From Armatimonadota bacterium (lineage in GTDB: Bacteria; Armatimonadota; UBA10988), in NCBI GenBank assembly GCA_016235455.1, contig JACRKZ010000039.1, positions 1-37,957 of the forward strand: a stretch of DNA of 37,957 nucleotides. The letters run 5' to 3'. Of this stretch, positions 32,301 through 37,957 are shown piece after piece. The position numbers and the translations under genes were made by a program. Position 1 is the first letter of the stretch. Each line of letters begins with the position of its first letter. Below the pieces are notes generated by a model. That model made no database searches. It had not been told where the DNA came from and saw nothing but the letters and a program-made list of their open reading frames with translations.

Positions 32301-35300
32301 CACCCTGACCATCCGTGACCTGCAGCGCCGCGTGGTGGCCGATGTGCCCGCGGCGCAACTGCAGCTGCAGGCCAACCCCGCGGCTGGCGTGAGCATCACC
32401 CAGCCCAGCGCCGCGACCAACGCCGGCGGGCAGACCACGGCCTCGGCAGTCTGCACCAAGGCCGGCACGGTCACCTACACGCTGTTGGTCGGCGGCACTG
32501 AGGCTGGCGGACCGCAGACAGTGACGTACTCGCCGGGTCCGCCGGCCGCCGCGACCAGCGCCCTGACCGCGGACAAGACCACGGCGGCGGCCAGCGGCAG
32601 CGAACTGGTCAACTTCGCCGTGACGCTGCGCGATGCCCAGGGCAACCTGTGCCCCGGCGTGCCCGGCAGCCGCGTGCTCCTCGCCGCCAGCCCGGCGACG
32701 GGCATCAACCTCGTTCAGCCGTCGGACGTCACCGGCGCCGGCGGGGCGACGGGCGCCTTCTGCACCGCCGTCCGCGCTGGCCGCGCGACCTTCACGGCCA
32801 CGCTGGACGGTAGCGCGCTTCCCGGTAGCGTCGCTGTGGACTTCGTGCCCGGCCCGCCGCACATGGGGGTCTCCACGGTCAATCCCGACCAGCCCACGCA
32901 CCGCGCCAACGGCCATGACGCAGCGATCATCACCGTCACGCTGCAGGACGTGCAGGGCAATCCGGTGTCGGGCGTACCGGCCAGCGACATCGTGATCTCG
33001 TCCGACCGCGGTAGCGCGGTGACCATCACCCAGCCCACGGGCATCACCAACTCCGCCGGCCAGGTCACCGCTTCGGCCACCACCACCGGCGCGGGGCTCG
33101 TGGTGTTCGGCGCCACGTCACCTTCAAGCCCGGTGTGGTGGACGCCGATCGCTCGACGATCGAGGTCAATCGGGCCAGCCTGGCCGCCGATGGTGCCGAC
33201 GCCGCGCAGATCACCGTCACCGCCCGGGACGCCAACGACAACCCGCTCTCGGCGCTTTCGTCGTCGAACGTGGTGTTGTCGGTGACGCCCTCGGCCGGCA
33301 CCCGGCTCACGCAACCGTCCATGGCCACGGACACGGCTGGCCAGACGACGGGCAGCCTGACCTGCTCACGCGTGGGCACGGTGACGGTCAGTGCCCAGGT
33401 CAACGGCACCACACTCAGCCAGACGCTGCGCGTGGGCTTCGTGCCGGGCATCATCGACGCCGACACCTCGGGCGTGCAAGCCGATGCGGCGCAAGTCGCC
33501 GCCGACGGCGGCAGTCCCGTGACGCTGAACATCACGCTGCACGACCGCGATGGCAATCCCATCGCCGGCGTTGCCGCCAGCCGCCTGCGGATCGTGGGCA
33601 CACCAAGCGCCGGCTTGGGCCTGGGGCAGCCCGCAACCGCTACCGACGCCGCCGGCCAGACCACCGCCACGGCGGTCTGCACTCGACTCGGCCAGGTGAC
33701 GTTCACCGCGACCATCGACGGCGGGACCATGGGCACCAGCGATGTCGTGGACTTCGTCGCCGGCCCGCCGGAGGCCGTGCGGTCAACGCTGAGCTCAGAC
33801 CGCGCCGTCGCCGCCTCGGATGGCCGCGAGGGCGCGGTGCTCTCGATCACGGTGCGGGACGCGCAGGGCCACCCGGTCGCCGGCGTGGCCGCCAATCGCG
33901 CCCTCTTCCAGGCAGCGCCGAGCAGCGGTGTGACCATCACGCCGTCGGGTGCTCCCTCCAATGCCAGCGGGCAACTGATCGCCACCGCCACCAGCAGCGT
34001 TACGCAGACCGTGACCTTCAGCGCCTCCTTCGATGGCGCCGCTGTGACCGGTCAGCCGCAGGTGAACTACAGCCCGCACCAACCCGACCTGGACCACTCG
34101 CTGCTGGCCGCGACGGCCACCAGCGCCGTGGCCAATGGTGTTGACCGCATTACCTTCACGCTGACCGTGCGCGACAACCAGGACCGGCCGGTGACGGGCG
34201 TTGCCGCTAACCGCTTGCGGCTAACCGCCGCGCCGGCCACGGGCCTGACGCTGACCCAACCGTCGATGGCGACCGATGCCAACGGTCAGACCACAGCCAG
34301 CCTGGTGGGCACGGTCACCGGCAGCTTCGCCTGCGGCATGACGCTCGACGGCGTGGCCGCCGGCGCTGAGGTCACGGTCGAGTTGCGCCCCGGGCCAGTC
34401 AGTGCCCGGAGTTGCCTGCTGACCGCCGACAAGGCCGTTGCCGCCTCGAGCGGCAGCGACGCGGTGACCCTCACGGCCACGCTGCGCGACGCGCTGGGCA
34501 ACGCCGTGCCGGGCGTCCTGCCTGGGCGGCTCGGCCTCACCCTGGCGCCGTCGGCCGGCACCACGCTGGTTGGCCCGAGCGGGGTCACCGACGCCGCCGG
34601 TCGCACCACCTGGACGCTGACCAGCACGGCCAACGCCACGGTCACCTGCGCGCTGACGGTCGATGGCGCCGACGCCGGCGCGTCGGTGCAGATCGCCTTC
34701 AGCACGGCGCCGCCGGGCGTCGACCGCGCACGTTGCACGCTCGCCGCGGACCGCGCGTCCGCCACGGCCGACGGTGCCGATGCGGTGACGTTCACTGCAA
34801 CCATCATCGACGCGGCCGGCCAGCCCATGGCCGGGGTGTCCGCTGACCGGCTCGCCCTGACGCCCGACGTGGCCGCCGGCCTGACGGTCAGTGCGTTTGG
34901 CGCCACCGACGCCCAGGGCAAGGCGACCGCCGCGGCCACCGGCGCCACCGCGGGCTCGCGCACCTTCGCGCTGCGGGTCGATGGTCAGTTGGCCGGACAG
35001 ACGGTGTCTGTCGCCTTCACCGTCGGCGCGGCCGATGCCACGCGCTCCACGCTCGGGGCCAGCAGCACCTCGGCCATCGCCAATGGCAGCGCCGCGATCG
35101 TTCTCACGTTGACGCTGCGCGATGCGCACGGCAACACCGTCGCGGGCGTCCCGGCGTCTCAGATCGCCCTGACCAGCGCCGGCGGCGCCGGCTCGGGCCT
35201 CGTGCTCGCTGGGCCCGCCGCGGCCAGCGACGCCTCCGGCCGCATGACCATGACCGCCAAGGCCAGCGTGGCGCAAGCCGTGCAGTTGGTCGTGACGTAC

Positions 35301-36938
35301 GGCGGGCTGAGCTGGGCCGTGGACGTCACATTCGTCGCGCCCACACCGGCCCCCGGGCGCTCGACGGTGAGCATCTCGCCGTCGAGCGTCGCCGCCGACG
35401 GCACGGACACCGCCGTCCTCACCGTGCAACTGGTCGACGCCGACGGCCACCCGCTGCCGGGCTCGCTCCCCGCCGACCGCTCCGTGACCAGCAGCGTGCT
35501 GGCCATCACCGTCACCGACGCCGGGTCGGTCTCGGACAGCCAGGGCCGGTTCACCATGCGCGTGACCACCCGCGAGACGGGCACCACGCAACTGACCGTG
35601 ACGGCCAACGGCGTGCGCCTGGCACCGGTCACGCTGACCGCCGAAGGCTTCTATGACCTGACGCTGTCCGCGGGCCTGCACTTGCTTGGCCTGCCCGTCA
35701 CCCCGCCGCCCGCGGCCTACCAGGCCCTGCTGGCGACCAGCGGCGTCGAGGCGGCGACTTTCGACGCGACCACGCAGCGATACGTCACCGCGGGCGGCAG
35801 CTACGCGCCGGGCCAGGGGCTGTGGGTTGCCAACTCGGCTGCGATCAGCCGCCGCGTGCTCGGCACGCCAATGCCCAACACGCCGCAGCGCCTGGTCCTA
35901 AGGCGCGGCTGGAACGCGGTGGCCAATCCGTTCACGCAAGCGCTGGACTGGGACCTGACCAGGCTCAGCGTGGAGTCAGGCGGCGTGTCGCTGGGCCATC
36001 TCGAGGATACCGCGTTGTGGGCGCGCGTCGCGCCGTACGGCTGGGTGTTCGACCAGGCCACGGGCTACCGGCTGCTGGCCGACACGTCGCTGGCGGCGTT
36101 CGCCTCGGCCCAGGGCAGCCTGCCCGTGGGCGCCGGGTTCTGGTTCTACGCCGCGCAAGACGGCCTGACGCTGGTCCTGCCCGCGCCTGCCGCGGCGCGC
36201 GCCGGTCGGGCGCCGTCAGCGCCCAAGGCGGGCGACTGGTCGCTGGCCCTGCGCGCGGTCCAAGGCGACCAGCACGGCACTGCCCTGGTCGGCGTCAGCG
36301 GCAGCCTGGCCGGTGGCCTGACGCTCGCCAAGCCACCGGCGGCACGCGGTCAGGCGGGCCCGGCGCTCAGCCTGCTGGCCGCCGACGGCACCCGCCTGGC
36401 GGGCGACTTGCGCGGCACCGGCCAAACCACCACCTGGACGCTCGACCTGACCGCCGGCGCGACCGACGAGGTCGTGCTCAACTGGCCGGGCCTGGGCCGC
36501 GAACTGCCGCGCGGGCTGGTGCTGGAGTTGCGGGACGGCGTGAGCGACGGCCTGACGCTGCTCAACACCAAGGCCGCCTGGCGCTGGCAACCGCACGCCG
36601 CGGGCGAAACGCGCCGGCTGACGCTGACCGCTCGGCAGGGCCATGTGGCCCGTGCCACGGTCACCGGCCTCGACCTGACCGCCACCCGCGGCGGCTCGGC
36701 GGCCATCCGCCTGACGCTCAGCGCGCCGGCCGAAGTGACGGTGCAGGTGCGCGGCCTGGGCGGGCGGCTGGTCAGAACGCTGACCCAGACGTGCGAGGCG
36801 GGCACCACGCTGCTGACCTGGGACGGCACCGACCAGTCCGGCCGACCCGTGCCGGCCGGCAGCTACCGGCTGGAGGCGCAGGCGGCCAGCGCCGTTGGTG
36901 CGTTGGCCAAGACGGTGAGGACGGTGACGCTGGGGTGA
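29329..36938 (+). pseudogene. Giant secreted adhesin-like protein (LamG + beta-helix + 12 Big_1/invasin Ig-like repeats + FlgD-Ig tail), split by a frameshift at ~33117
   Basis: ORFs 29329..33285 and 33135..36938 carry one continuous repeat series; signal peptide; WHHLILV/DEVAIYKKAL LamG; TTADSGPGSLRSAILAAN beta-helix; repeated ADG.D...TLTLRDA.GN; C-terminal GGRLVRTL...WDGTDQSGRPVPAGSY. Confidence 0.8.
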
Positions 36939-36978
36939 CGGGTGGGCGGAGGGGTGGTCCTACCCGGCTCACCCGTCA
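36936..36978. terminator. Hairpin between convergent genes
   Basis: TGACGGGTGGGC pairs with GCTCACCCGTCA; no clear U tract. Confidence 0.45.
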
Positions 36979-37025
36979 TCGCTCGGCCAGCGGCTTGCTG
37001 CACCAGCGATGGCTACGTCCGCAGG

Positions 37026-37957
37026 CTACCAGTCCATGCTCACCACCTGAAGCCCGGCCGGCAGATCAGGATATAGCCACCGGCCCGGTTGGCCGCCTTG
37101 CCCACGACGGTACACGCCGAAGGAGGACGCGTCACTGGCCCACGCGGGCCTGCGCTGGGCGCGGAACACCGCGATGCATCTGCTGTCTGGTGACCAATCG
37201 GCGCAGACCAGGTCGCCCGACGTAGCGATCCCGCCGAGGATCTCAGTGGCTTCGCCCGCAGCTATGGGCACCAGGAACGGATCGCTGCCAGCCCCGCTCG
37301 GCCCGACTCTCGTCGAGCCTGGGTTGGGCGTCATCCAGACCAACACCCTCGAACCATCGGGCGCCCAGTCGACCAGACGAGCCTGCTCACGGGCAGACCA
37401 TTCGACTTCGGATGTGGGCTGACGGAACCGAACCTGGCGCAGCTCTCCCGTTGTGCTGTGCCAGAGGAGAACCTGCCTCTGGCCGGTCTTCTTCAGAAAT
37501 GCGTCGAACGCTATCCAACCACCACCAGGCTGCCATCTGGGGTTGTAACAGCAGCACCCGTCCAACACCGGGGCAGAGACGTCACGGTATTCGATTGTGC
37601 CGACCTTGGCAATCCGCAGGAGCGAGTCCACGGAGCCCAGGCCCGGCGCGCTGTTCAGCACCTCATATGCGCACCGGTCGCCATTTGTCTCGAAGGAGAA
37701 TCGGCCGGCCTGTTCATATGCTGTGCGAGAGTACAAACTGCGGCCGCCGAGAGTGCCCAGGAACCTTGCGAATATGCAAGCGCCGTTTGGATCCCAGACA
37801 CCATCGAACCGCCCGACTAGTGCACTGATCGGTACAAACCGGAAACTCGATGGAAGAGGCGCGCCCAGGTCGGCCAATTCGCGTTCTGCCAAGGACACGA
37901 ACCATGCCCACCCAGACGCGCCTCCAGCTTGTTCTCCAACCTGAGCAGATCGCCTTC
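37026..37957 (-). CDS. TolB-like/PD40 beta-propeller protein, 5'-truncated by window edge
   Basis: Frame open to the window end; repeated NPRWQPGGGWIAF, DWAPDGSRVLV, DWSPDSRCIAV blades; ends VSMDW. Confidence 0.65.
   Translation of the reverse strand, partial: RRSAQVGEQAGGASGWAWFVSLAERELADLGAPLPSSFRFVPISALVGRFDGVWDPNGACIFARFLGTLGGRSLYSRTAYEQAGRFSFETNGDRCAYEVLNSAPGLGSVDSLLRIAKVGTIEYRDVSAPVLDGCCCYNPRWQPGGGWIAFDAFLKKTGQRQVLLWHSTTGELRQVRFRQPTSEVEWSAREQARLVDWAPDGSRVLVWMTPNPGSTRVGPSGAGSDPFLVPIAAGEATEILGGIATSGDLVCADWSPDSRCIAVFRAQRRPAWASDASSFGVYRRGQGGQPGRWLYPDLPAGLQVVSMDW

Noticed and set aside
33100-33135. Programmed ribosomal frameshift or phase variation in the adhesin
   Set aside because: No slippery heptamer or simple repeat, and about 11 residues of the repeat are missing, which points to a deletion

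Overview
High-GC bacterial chromosomal window; the gene content and the C-terminal tail of the giant surface protein suggest an Armatimonadota-like lineage (inference only). From left to right: (1) the 3' end of a DUF1848 gene. (2) A minus-strand array of six divergent paralogous membrane proteins (242-6640), arranged as three translationally coupled pairs. Each has repeated PH-like modules flanking a variable transmembrane hairpin and starts with a motif encoded by a near-invariant 32-bp DNA block; this is the best candidate for an undescribed system. (3) A glycan-utilisation cluster: GH99-like/LamG protein, Gfo/Idh/MocA oxidoreductase, beta-helix protein, Tat sulfatase, URO-D-like protein and NPCBM-hydrolase, with an AlkD-like gene embedded. 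(4) tRNA-Arg(UCG) and tRNA-Ala(CGC) flanking a degenerate CPBP/CAAX protease gene that overlaps the tRNA-Arg. (5) An ECF sigma/anti-sigma/odd trypsin-like operon. (6) rsfS, a degenerate-WecA/TagA fusion, a UxaA-family dehydratase and a HAD phosphatase. (7) A ~2,500-aa LamG/beta-helix/12x Big_1 adhesin broken by a frameshifting deletion. (8) A partial TolB-like beta-propeller gene. I saw no CRISPR array, integrase, transposase or rRNA. All family calls come from motif recognition by eye, not database searches.
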